From: Pristiophorus japonicus
Taxonomy: Eukaryota
Direction of reading: 5' to 3'
Assembly (NCBI RefSeq): GCF_044704955.1
Contig: NC_091985.1
Location: 201,252,001 to 201,316,000, forward strand
Length of the DNA: 64,000 nucleotides
Part shown: positions 30,451 to 42,015 of the stretch, piece after piece
Numbering within the stretch: the first letter of the stretch is position 1
How the letters are laid out: each line of letters begins with the position of its first letter
Position numbers and translations under genes: made by a program
The notes under the pieces: model-generated
The model's input: the letters and a program-made list of their open reading frames with translations, nothing else
Databases searched by the model: none
What the model was told of the DNA's origin: nothing

Positions 30451-32256
30451 GAATGAGTAAAACAGTTTAGGCACTCGTACTCCAGTGTCAGGCTCACACA
30501 ATCATTTTTTCAGTAATTCGGATGATAACTAACATGCTCGCAATGTAGCCCATTTAATTAGTGATAAAAGCAACTTGTGAAATAATCCCATTTTTGCTAA
30601 TTTAATTTGTGACAAAAAGATGGTCTGAACATGCGCTAAATACACGCTGCTCCTCCCCTCCCCACAGTGTTTAAACCAACTGGAAGGGCCCATGTGAGCT
30701 CCCCTCCCCCAGCTCTGTCAGCGGCTGCCGTTTCCTCTGTGCTCGGCTGATGATCATTGAACACATCAGGGAGCAGAGATATCCCAGGCCCGAGTAAGGG
30801 AGCAAACATCAGCCTCCTTACAGCAGCTCATTGCATTGGGACTGTGTCCGCAGATGGGCTTTGAGTCGGGGTAAGTTCAGCGGCAGTCGGGGGCTGTCTG
30901 TAAGAGGCAGAGTGGAGCAGGAAGTAGTTCCAGAACATGGAGTGAGTGGGGGAAGGGAGAGGCCATTCTCTGGTTGTGTGTGTTCAGTGTAAGGTAACCG
31001 AGAAAGTAAATCACCTCGCTCCTTCAAATCATTGCTGCTTTCTTTCCCCAAATCAGTAGTGAATGTTCCTGATTCAGTTCCAATCTCAGTGTCTGTTGTT
31101 CTTGGACATTGAACAGTGTAAACACAGCCTGGATGTGAGGAGTGTCACAAAGTGCATCTACTGCAGATACCAAAAGAGGAATGTGATAGGAGATATTTCA
31201 AAAATGGGTTATTTTGTTTCGGTGCATTGAATTCTCCAGAACCATGTTGCTGGTGATCGAGAGATACATTGTCGCTCCCTCAGATACATCAGCATCTGGT
31301 AACTGTGACATTCTGTTAATGACACAGGCCCTCAGCTCGGTTTCAATAGACTGAGAACAATTGTTGTACAGCCCAGGTACCTGTGGTTATATTCCAGGAA
31401 GCGATTCAGAATTGTACAGGTAGTCCCATGGGAGTGGGAGATATAAACCTGGACTGTGCCAATCGGGTGTCCCATTCATGGACCAGTGCTGGGTTTGGGT
31501 TGTGTCTGGATGCTGCTAACTTTCTATAGAACTGTCCTACACACCTGGTGTGGAAAATCTGAGTGTCGCTGTACTGCAGTGAGGTCAGACAATGACACTG
31601 TTTGTATCACGGTTTCCTCTCTCCAGATACTTTACTTTATTATACACAAACACATGAATTATAAATTTATTCTCTCCATTGCCTGTCCATATCATAACTA
31701 ATAGTGTTCTCCTATTATTATTCTCAGAGCAAAATACTTCACCAAGCCAGAATAAATTTGATCTTTCCTCAACCCGGAACACAAGAAACAAGTGCAGGCA
31801 GCTCCTTCTCACACACAGTAAGTACATTATCAATCTCAGAGCGCTGAGACACAGAACTGACTGCAATCATATTGCCAAAGATAGCAGAAGCTGTCAGTCC
31901 CACAGTGATCCAAATTCCCAGAGTTATGTTATGAATCCCACAGTCACTTGGAGCAGCACAATAATATGTTGTTCCAAAGTCCAATCATATTGCATTGAAA
32001 GGCAGATCCCTTACTCAGACACATGAACAGAGAGACACTGACACGGTGTCAATCCACACTGGTGTCTGTACACTGACTCTCAAACCCAACTGCTCTCATA
32101 CAAGAGCAGAGAAACAGAGGTAATGGCCTGAACCAAACCTCCTCCTGAGACAGTCATCGATAATCGCAAACTATCATCCGCCTACAGCAGGTGGAGAAGG
32201 AACCAAATCCAACAGTCACACAGAGCAAGAATAGCTCAGTACAAGAGACTGTCAAT

Positions 32257-32915
32257 TACATAATCAATCCCACACTCACACACATCACCAGTCTAACAGA
32301 TACATAATCAATCCCACACTCACACACATCACCAGTCTAACAGATACATAATAAATCCCACACTCTCACAGATCACCAACCTAACATATACATAATCAAT
32401 CCCACACTCTCACACATCACCAGTCTAACAGATACATAATCAATCCCACACTCACACACATCACCAGTCTAACAGATACATAATCAATCCCACACTCACA
32501 CACATCACCAGTCTAACAGATACATAATCAATCACACACTCACACACATCACCAGTCTAACAGATACATAATCAATCCCACACTCACACACATCACCAGT
32601 CTAACAGATACATAATAAATCCCACACTCACACACATCACCAGTCTAACAGATACATAATAAATCCCACACTCTCACACATCACCAACCTAACATATACA
32701 TAATAAATCCCACACTCTCACACATCACCAGTCTAACAGATACATAATCAATCCCACACTCTCACACATCACCAGTCTAACAGATACATAATCAATCTCA
32801 CACTCACACACATCACCAGTCTAACAGATACATAATCAATCCCACACTCTCAAACAGTAACAGAAACTGACAGCTACAGAATTAATCCCACACTCTCAAA
32901 CAGTACCAGAGACTG
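32257..32915 (+). repeat. Homogeneous 44-bp minisatellite (TACATAATCAATCCCACACTCACACACATCACCAGTCTAACAGA)
   Basis: About 14 near-identical copies, period 44 (32257 to 32301). Confidence 0.95.
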
Positions 32916-33144
32916 GGATTAACAATGATTCATAAACTCAGACACATTGAATGACAGATTGAGAAAGAATCACAATCACCTCCAATACCTGAGATTGACT
33001 GACTGATTGAGAGTGAAACCCACACTCCCCTACCAGGCCCTTACAGCTACAGACAAATACTCACACTCGCATACCAGGGACAGATAGTTAGAGAGTGAAC
33101 TCCAGTCACTCACCAGAAACTGAGAGGTACAGAAAAAAAACACT

Positions 33145-33760
33145 TCCGCATTCCAGAGACCGATAGATACAGAGTAATACCCACACTCACATTCCAGAGA
33201 CTGATAGATACAGAATAATACCCACACTCACATTCCAGAGACCGATTGATACAGAGTAATACCCACACTCACATTCCAGAGACTGATAGACAGAGTAACA
33301 CCCACACTCACATTCCAGAGACTGATAGATACACAGTAATACCCACACTCACATTCCAGAGACCGATAGATACAGAGTAATACCCACACTCACATTCCAG
33401 AGACTGATAGACAGAGTAACACCCACACTCACATTCCAGAGACTGAGAGAGTAATACCCACACTCACATTCCAGAGACTGAGAGAGTAATACCCACACTC
33501 ACATTCCAGAGACTGATAGATAGAGTAATACCCACACTCACATTCCAGAGAATGATAGATACAGCGTAATACCCACACTCACATTCCAGAGACCAATAGA
33601 TACAGAGTAATATCCACACTCACATTCCAGATACTGATAGATAGAGTAATACCCACACTCACATTCCAGAGACTGATAGATACAGAGTAATACCCACACT
33701 CACATTCCAGAGACCGATAGATCGAGTAATACGGACACTCACATTCCAGAGACTGACAAA
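33145..33760 (+). repeat. Homogeneous ~41-bp minisatellite (GATAGATACAGAGTAATACCCACACTCACATTCCAGAGACT)
   Basis: Period 41 (33162 to 33203) with shortened variants. Confidence 0.95.
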
Positions 33761-35170
33761 TATAAATTAAAAACCACACTCCCATAACAGAAACCTACAG
33801 GTACTGATTAAAACCCTTACTCAAATATCAGAAACAGATAGCTACAGAATGAAACGCACACTCACTTCCCAGTGATGGACAGATACAGAATAAAACACCA
33901 GAGAGTGACAGAGAGAGAGTAAAATCAACACTGACCTAAAAGTGACTGACTGATTCAATGTCAAACCCCCAATACCACAGCTGTACCAGACACTTAAAGG
34001 CACAGAATGAAATCAACATTTATATAATAGCAACTGACGGGTACAGAAAACATACACACATTAACATGCCAGTGACAGACAGGTAGAATGTGGTAAACTC
34101 CACACTCACATAACAGAAACTGTGACCTATAGAATATAACCCCATTCATAACAGAAACAGACAGGTACAGATAAAAAGTGCCACACTCACACACAAGAAA
34201 CTGACAGGTACAGAGTGAAATCCACGTTCACCCACTTGAATAAAACACACATTCGCATAACAGCAACTGACAGGAGTAAAACCCACATACACATCCCAGA
34301 GACTGACAGCTGTAGAGTAAAATCCACATTCTCATAAAAGTGACTGACAGATAAAGAATAAAACGCACACTCACATCCCAGAGAGTGAAAGATACAGACA
34401 AAAATACACATTCATGTTACTGAGATTGACACTTGCACATAATACCCAAACCCATATACCAGAAACTGACAGATACAGAGAAAAATTCACACTCAAATCC
34501 CAGAGACTGACAGATGGAGTAAAACCCACTCTCACATACCATAGACTGACAAATACAGAGTAAAACCCACACTCACATACCATAGACTGATGGATACAGA
34601 ATAAAACCCACACTCACATACCAGAAACTGACAGGTACAGATTAAAGCCCACATTCACATCAGAAAAACTGAAAGGTGCAGAATGAAGCCCCATTCAAAT
34701 ACCAGAAACAGACAGGTACAGACAGAAGCACACATTACCTGAAACTGACCGAGAGTAAAACCCACACTCACCTACCAGAGATTGAAATTTACCGATACAA
34801 TCCACACATATACCAGAGACTGACAAGTATAGTGTGAAATCCAAACTCACACTCCGAAAACTGTTATATACAGAGTAAAATTCACACTCACATACCATAG
34901 TCTGAGAGATAGAGTAATACCCACACACAAATATCAGAAACAGACACAGGTAAAACCCACACTCACATATCAGAAAATGACAAGGACTGTGTAAATCCAA
35001 CACTCACATACCAGAGAATGAAAGATACAGAATGAAACCCACACTCACTTACCAGTAATTGACAGGTACAGAGTGAAAACCTCCCTTCCATACCATAAAC
35101 TTACATGTATAAAGGAAAAGCCACATTCGCTAACCAGAGACTGACAGATACAGAATAAATACTACACTCA
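33761..35170 (+). repeat. Diverged ~40-bp minisatellite, same family as 29260-30450
   Basis: CCCACACTCACATACCAGAAACTGACAG motifs. Confidence 0.85.
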
Positions 35171-35433
35171 CTGGTGGGCGTAGTCTATAGGCCCCCTAAT
35201 AGTAACTAAACTGTTGGATGGAGTATAAATCAAGAAATAATGGAGGCTTGTAAAAAAAAAAGGAACCGGAATAATCATGGACAATTTTAATCTTCATATT
35301 GATTGAACAAATCAAATTGGCCAAGATAGCCTTGACGAAGAATTCAGAGAGTGTATCTGGGATAGTTTCCTTGACAGTACTTTGTGGAAACAACCAGGGA
35401 GCAAGCTATCTTAGATCTGGCACTATGTAATGA
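35171..35433 (+). mobile_element. CR1 ORF2 APE fragment
   Basis: LVGVVYRPPNS...IIM.NFNLHID-like coding remnant. Confidence 0.75.
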
Positions 35434-36257
35434 GAACATAAGAACATAAGAAATAGGAGCAGGAGTAGGCTACTTGGCCCCTCGAGCCTGCTCTGCCATT
35501 TAGTAAGCACATGTCTGATCTGATCATGGATTCAGCTCCACTTCCCTGCCCGCTCCTCATAACCCTTTATTCCCTTATCGCTCAAAAAATTGGTCTATCT
35601 CCGTCTTAAATATATTTAATGGCCCAGCCACCACAACTCTCTGGGGCAGAGAATTTCACAGATTTACAACCACCTGAGAGAATAAATTCCTCCTCATCTC
35701 AGTTTTAAATGGGTGACCCCTAATTCTGAGACTATGTCCCCTAGTTCTAGTTTCCCCTATGAGTGGAAATATCCTCATTGCATCCACCTTGTCGAGCCCC
35801 CTCATTATTTTATATGTTTCAATAAGACCACCTCACATTCTTCTGAACTCCAATGAGTATTGGCCCAACCTACTCAACCTCTCATCATAAGTCAACCCCG
35901 TCATCTCCGGAATCAACCGAGTGAATCTTATCTTATCCAGTGCAAGTATATCCTTTCTTAAATAAGGAGATCAAAACTGCATGCAGTACTCCAGGTGTGG
36001 CCTCACCAATACCCTGTAAAGTTGTAGCAGGACTTCTCTGCTTTTATACTCTATCCCCCTTGCAATAAAGGCCAACATTCCATTTGCCTTCCTGATGACT
36101 TGCTGTACCTGCATACTAACTTTTTGTGTTTCATGCACAAGGACCCCCAGGTCCCTCTGAACTGCAGCACTTTGCAATTTTTCTCCATTTAAATAATAAT
36201 TTGCTTTTTTATTTTTTCTGCCAAAGCGGACAACCTCACACTTTCCCACATTATACT
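35434..36257 (-). mobile_element. 5'-truncated CR1 LINE
   Basis: (GAACATAA)n tail; KCEVV.FG...LVRPHLEYCMQF. Confidence 0.9.
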
Positions 36258-36688
36258 TGGGACGGACTCCACTTGGAATGTGCTGGGGTTAGGGTCCTGG
36301 CGAACCGAATAACTAGGGCAGCATGGAGAGCTTTAGTAATCAGTGGTGGGTAGGGTTCAGGTGAGCAGAAACCTAAAAGCTCAAAGAATAAGGTGAAGGC
36401 AATAGAGCAGGGTAGCATTGGGGGAAACAAAAACGGAACAGGAAGGGACAGAATCTATAAACATAAGCGTGTATCAGAAGCTGGGGCCATAGCAGGAGAA
36501 AAACCATGCTGACTCTGCTTGACTGAATTATGCTTTTCCAAATGTCCTGCGACAAATGTTAGGTGAACTGGTCTTGTAACACTGTTGTGAAGTGCCTTGG
36601 GACATTGTACTACGTTAAAGGTGCTATATAAATAAAAGTTATTATTATAGGAAAGCTGCAGGTTTATGCGTCGCCACCGAAATTCACC

Positions 36689-36745
36689 GAGACGTAGAGC
36701 GCATGTGTGGCCATCTTTGCAAAAGAGCAAAGTATGGGCGGGGCT
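36689..36745 (+). promoter_or_regulatory. NRF1/YY1-like plus GC-box module upstream of ZNF locus 1
   Basis: GAGACGTAGAGCGCATGTGTGGCCATCTTTGC, homologous to 47910-47941. Confidence 0.5.
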
Positions 36746-36754
36746 ACAGGGTCC

Positions 36755-37005
36755 CAGTGAACCCAGCCAGAGTCAGCACCTTCAGGGGAGGAGAGGGAGA
36801 GGAACCAGTTAGTGTAGAACTGGACCCAGCCAGAGTCAGCACCTTCGGGTGAGGGGAACCAGTGAGTGTGGAACTGGACCCAGCCAGAGTCAGCACCTTC
36901 AGGGGAAGAGAGAGAGGGGAACCAGTGAGTGTAGAACTGAACCCAGCCAGAGTCAGCACTTTCAGGGGAGGGGAACCAGTGAGTGTGGGACTGAACCCAG
37001 ACAGA
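36755..37005 (+). repeat. ~55-62-bp tandem repeat (GAACCAGTGAGTGTAGAACTGAACCCAGCCAGAGTCAGCACCTTCAGGGG...), 4-5 copies
   Basis: Visible tandem copies; inverted paralog at 57410-57575. Confidence 0.9.
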
Positions 37006-37123
37006 GTTGGTGGTGAAAACTGGGAGCGGAGGATACGCTGTCTTCAGACGTGCGATGTGTTTGAATTTCAGCACAGGGAGGACGGAGAGTGCATAGGACA
37101 GTGATTTACAGCTTTGGAGGAAG

Positions 37124-37406
37124 AATAAGGGGTAAGCCATTTCGGACTGAGATGAGGAGAAACTTCTTCACTCAGAGTTGTTAACCTGTGGAATTCTCTA
37201 CTGCAGAGAGTTGTTGATGCCAGTTCATTGGATATATTCAAGAGGGAGTTAGATATGGCTCTTAAGGCTCAAAGGATCAAGGGTATGGAGAGAAAGCAGG
37301 AAAGGGGTACTGAGGTGAATGATCAGCCATGATCTTATTGAATGGTGGTGCAGGCTCAAAGGGCCGAATGGCCTACTCCTGCACCTATTTTCTATCTTTC
37401 TATGTA
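37124..37406 (+). mobile_element. Short CR1 3' fragment upstream of the ZNF locus 1 exon
   Basis: Reverse complement of 5165-5447; absent in the paralog at ~49340. Confidence 0.88.
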
Positions 37407-37848
37407 ACAAGAGAGGAAAAAATGTTCCATGGAATCTAGAATTGTGTGTTCTGAATTTCTGCCCTGTACTTGCAGTAATGATTTTTGTAAACTCCTTTTC
37501 CAAGGTATTGGAAGGGGAGGATTTGCAGACGGGAAACTCAAACCAAACGGAATCACTCGATTCCTCCGGACCTGAATATTATCGGCCTTTGAATGTGGAA
37601 GGAGAAATGTTTGTCTGTTCTGTCTGTGGGAATAGATTTCAAACATCAGTATGACTGGAAAAGCACCAAGACACACACACCCGAGTGAGAGTGTTCCAGT
37701 GCACTGACTGTGGAAAGAGCTTTAACCAGTTACACAGCCTGAAAAAACATCGCACCATTCACAGCGGGAAGAAACTGTACTTGTGTTCTGTTTGTGGCAA
37801 GGCTTCAACTGATCATCCAACCTGGAGAGACACAAGGACACTTGCACC

Positions 37849-38691
37849 ATGGAGAAACCATGGGAATGTGGGGACTGTGGGAAGAGATTCATTTCCCCGT
37901 CTGATCTGGAAATTCATCGACGCAGTCACACCGGGGAGAGGCCGTTCACCTGCTCTGATTGTGGGAAGGGATTCACTTGTTCATCCAACCTTCTAACTCA
38001 CCAGCGATTTCACACTGGAGAGAGACCGTTCATCTGCTCTGAATGTGGGAAAGGATTCACTGTGTCATCCCGCCTGCTGACACACCAACGAGTTCACACT
38101 GGGGAGAGACCGTTCATCTGCTCTGTATGTGGGAAGGGATTCACTATCTCATCCATCCTGCTGATACACCAGCGAGTTCACACTGAGGAGAAGTCGTTCA
38201 CCTGCTCCGTTTGTGGGGAGCGATTCGCTTGGTCATCCCACCTGCTGGTGCATCAGCGAGTTCACGCTGCGGAGAGGCCGTTCATCTGCTCACTGTGTGG
38301 AAAGGGATTCACTCAGTCATCCCACCTGCTGACACACCAGCGCATTCACACTGGGGAGAGACCATTCACTTGCACTGAGTGTGGGAAGGGATTCACTCAG
38401 TCATCCCACCTGCTGAGACACCAGCGCATTCACGCTGGGGAGAGGCCATTCACCTGCACTGAGTGTGGGAAGGGATTCACTCAGTCATCCCACCTGCTGA
38501 CGCACCAGCACATTCACATTGGGGAGAGACCATTCACCTGCACTGAGTGTGGGAAGGGATTCACTCAGTCATCCAACCTACTGACACACCAGCGCATTCA
38601 CACTGGGGAGAGACCGTTCACCTGCTCTGTGTGTGGGAAGCGATTCACTCGATCATTCCACCTGCTGAGACACCAGCGAGTTCACAAGTGA
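37849..38691 (+). CDS. Tandem C2H2 zinc-finger protein, 10 fingers, 280 aa (ZNF locus 1)
   Basis: CxxC-x12-HxxxH repeats with TGERPF linkers; strong Kozak context GCACCATGG; no KRAB/SCAN domain seen. Confidence 0.88.
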   Translation: MEKPWECGDCGKRFISPSDLEIHRRSHTGERPFTCSDCGKGFTCSSNLLTHQRFHTGERPFICSECGKGFTVSSRLLTHQRVHTGERPFICSVCGKGFTISSILLIHQRVHTEEKSFTCSVCGERFAWSSHLLVHQRVHAAERPFICSLCGKGFTQSSHLLTHQRIHTGERPFTCTECGKGFTQSSHLLRHQRIHAGERPFTCTECGKGFTQSSHLLTHQHIHIGERPFTCTECGKGFTQSSNLLTHQRIHTGERPFTCSVCGKRFTRSFHLLRHQRVHK

Positions 38692-38870
38692 CTGCAGGGT
38701 TTGGCTACTACTGTTATCCCAGACTGAATTGTGTTCATTCTGACCGTTGGGGTTTCTTTCTGCTGATATTGATTACCCTATAACTGGGCTGGAGTTTAAT
38801 ATTCTGGATATTTGACCAATTAATCAATGGGAAATGGGTCAGATAAAAATAATACCAATTGTGTTTGCAT

Positions 38871-39420
38871 CTCATCATCATAGGCAGTCCCTCAGAATCG
38901 AGGAGGACTTGCTTCCACTCCCAAAGTGAGTTCTTTGATGGCTGAACAGTCCAATATGAGAGCCACAGACCCTGTTACAGGTGGGACAGACATTCGTCGA
39001 GAGAAGGGTTCGGTGGGGCTGGTTTGCCACTGCCTGTGCTTGGCCTCTTCATGCTCTTTGCGTTGAAACTCGAAGAGCTCAACGACCTCCCGGATGTACT
39101 TTCTCCACCTCGGTGGTCTGCCGCCGGGGTCTCCCAGGTGTCAGTGGTGATGTCGCACTTTAACAACGAGGCTTTGAGGGTGTCCTGATAACGTTTCTGC
39201 TGTCCTCCTTTGGCTCGTTTACCATGAAGGAGCTCCGCATAAAGCATTTGCTTAGGGAGTCTCGTATCTGGCATGTGTACTATGTGGCCTGCCCAGCGAA
39301 GCTGATCGAGTGTGGTCAGTGCTTCAATACTGGGGATGTTAGCCTGGTCAAGGACACGGCTGTTGGTGCACCTGTCCTCCCAGGGGATTTGCAGGATCTC
39401 GTGGAGACATCTATACTTCA
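38871..39420 (-). mobile_element. RTE-clade LINE 3' fragment
   Basis: ILQIPWEDR..N..VL..A..PSIE..QLRWAGHIV.MPDTRLPKQ.LY.EL..GKR..GG..KR; (TGA)n tail. Confidence 0.88.
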
Positions 39421-39661
39421 CTCTTTAAAGGGATTTCTTCAAGTACTGAAAGCTGCAACAAATTGAGCTAAACTTTGTTAAACAATTGATAAAATTAATG
39501 GAATCTGCAGGTTGGCTTTGAATTTCTCTGGGATGGCGCTGGACATGATGTGCCTTGAAATACCTCCTGTGTCCAGTAGATGATGCTATCCCTCCAATTA
39601 ACTCCGACTGAGAGGAGCGTGACTGCCCCCTCGAGCAGGAGGAACGAGAGCAGCTCCGGGT

Positions 39662-39838
39662 CAGACACTGCACCCCACAGGGACATCACACACTGCCCCC
39701 TTCCTGGGGCAGCTCAGGGTCAGGTACTGAACATACTGCACCCCACAGGGACATCACTCACTGCCCCCCTCCCTGGGGCAGCTCGGGGTGAGACACTGCA
39801 CCCCACAGGGACATCACACATTGCCCCCTCCCTGGGCA
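39662..39838 (+). repeat. Three tandem ~60-70-bp copies (ACTGCACCCCACAGGGACATCACACACTGCCCCC...)
   Basis: Direct repeats at 39667, 39735, 39796. Confidence 0.85.
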
Positions 39839-39844
39839 GATCAG

Positions 39845-42015
39845 AGTCAGACCTTGGAGTGGGAAAGGGAGGATGCAGTTGTCGTGGACCATGTAGGAAC
39901 CAACGACATAGGTAGGACTCGGTTCTGCTGAAAGTGATGGAGGAGTTGGGGTCCAAATGAAAAAGCTGAACCTCAAAGTTAATAATCTCTGGATTGTTAC
40001 TTGAACCCCACACCAATTGTTTCAGGGATGAGCAGATTAGAACAGTAAATGCATGGTTCAAAGAGTGGTGTGGGAGGCAGGGGTTTTTCTTTACAGACAC
40101 TGGCACCAGCACTGGGCAAAGAGGGAGCTGTTCCCTTGCCATGGGTTCCACTTGAGCTGGGCAGGAACCAGTGTCCTGGCGAATCGAATAACTAAGGCAG
40201 TAAACAGGGTTTTAAACTATTGAAGGCTGGGTGGGGAGATCCAGGAAAGTACAGCACGGTTTAGATAGAGAGAAAAAGCAACAAGAGACATGTCAAGGCT
40301 CTGAAGCTGAGTTTTGGATAACAATAAGCAGAGTGGGTCAGGAAGAGACAGAGAGTAACAAAGGTAATAAGGCATTACGGACTAAGGAGACATCAAGGAA
40401 AAATAGAAGAAAGTCAAAGCTAAAGGCACTATATCTTAATGGATAAAGAATTCTCAACAGAATAGCTGAATTAGTAGAACAGATAGAAATTAATAGGTTT
40501 GATCTAATAGCCATTATGGAGACGTGATTGCAAAGTGACCACGGTTGGGAACTAAATATTTCAGGATACATAACTTTTAGAAGAGATGGCAAAATAGAAA
40601 AGAAGAGGAAGCCCTGATAATAAAGGATGGGATAGAGACAGTAGAGGGAAAGGATCTTAGCTCGGGAAATCAAGAATCAGTTTGGGTGGAGCTAAGAAAC
40701 AGCAAGGGGCAGAAAACATTGGTAGGAGTTGTTTATAGGCCCCCAAACCGTAGTGGTAATGTAGGGCACAGTATAAATCAGGAAATTAAAGGTGCATGTA
40801 ACAAAGGTAATACAATAATCATGGGGGACTTTAATCTGCATATAGACTGAGCAAACCAAATTTGCAGTAATAGTGTGGAGGACGAATTCATGAAAAGTAT
40901 ACAAGATGGTTTTCTCGATCAGTATGTTGAGGAACCAACTAGAGAACAGGTTATTTTAGATCTAGTATTGTGCAATAAGAAAGGGTTAATTAACAACGTT
41001 ATGGTAAAGGGGCCCTTAGGGAAGAGTGACTATAATATGATAGAATTTTACATTAAGTTTGAAAGTGATTTAGTTAAATCTGAAACTTGGGTCTTAAATC
41101 TAAACAAAGGAAACTATGTAGGTATGGGGGGAGAGTTGGTTAAGGTTGATTGGGAAACTACATTAAAAGGTATGATGGTAGAAAAGCAATGGCTATCACT
41201 TGAAGAATTAATACATAATTTACAACAAACACACATTCCTTTTTGGCACAAAAATCCCACAGGAATAGTCGTCCAACTGTGGCCAACAAGAGAAGTTATA
41301 GATAGTATTAGATGACAGAAAGATGCTTAGAATGTTGCCAAAAAGAGCAGTAAGCCTGAGGATTGGGAAGATTTTGGAATTCAGCAAAGGAGGACCAGGA
41401 AATTGATAAAGAAAGGGAAAATAGAATATGAAAGTAAACTAGTGAGAGACAAAATAACAGAATGCAAATGCTTCTATTGGTATGTAAAAAGGAAAAGTTT
41501 AGTAAAAGTAAATGTGTTTCCCCTACAGGAGACAGGAGAAATTATAATGGGAACAAGGAAATGGCAGAGAAATTAAACGCATATTTTATGTCTGTCTTCA
41601 TGGAAAGTGATGCAAAAAAACTTGCTGGATCTACTGGAGAACCCAGGGTCTAGCGAGAATGAGGAACTGAAAGAAATTAATATTCATCAAAAAATGGTAC
41701 TGGAGAAATTAATGGGACTGGAAGCCGATAAAATCCCTGGACCTGATAGCCTACATCCTAGGGTATTGAAAAGGGTAGCTATAGAACTAGTGGATGCATT
41801 GGTTGTCATCTTCCAAAATTCCATAGAGTCTAGAATGGTTCCTGTGGTTTGGAAGATAGCAAATGTAACTGAGCTATTTAAGAAAAGAGGGAAGAGAGAA
41901 AGCGGGGAACTACAGAGCAGTTAACCTGACATCAGTAGTAGGGAAAAGCTCGATTCTATTATTAACAACATGGTAACATGCACTTAGAGAATAATAAGAT
42001 TGGGCAGAGTCAACA
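39845..42015 (+). mobile_element. Degenerate CR1 LINE: ORF1 SGNH-esterase end plus ORF2 APE/linker, truncated by the Gypsy fragment
   Basis: VV.HVGTNDIG motif at ~39878; LKALYLN, VYRPP, IMGDFNLHID, DGFLDQYVEEPTRE; many stops. Confidence 0.88.

Noticed and set aside
27545-35170. Regularly spaced 40-46-bp repeats resembling a CRISPR array
   Set aside because: Units are head-to-tail with no unique spacers, there are no cas genes, and the context is eukaryotic
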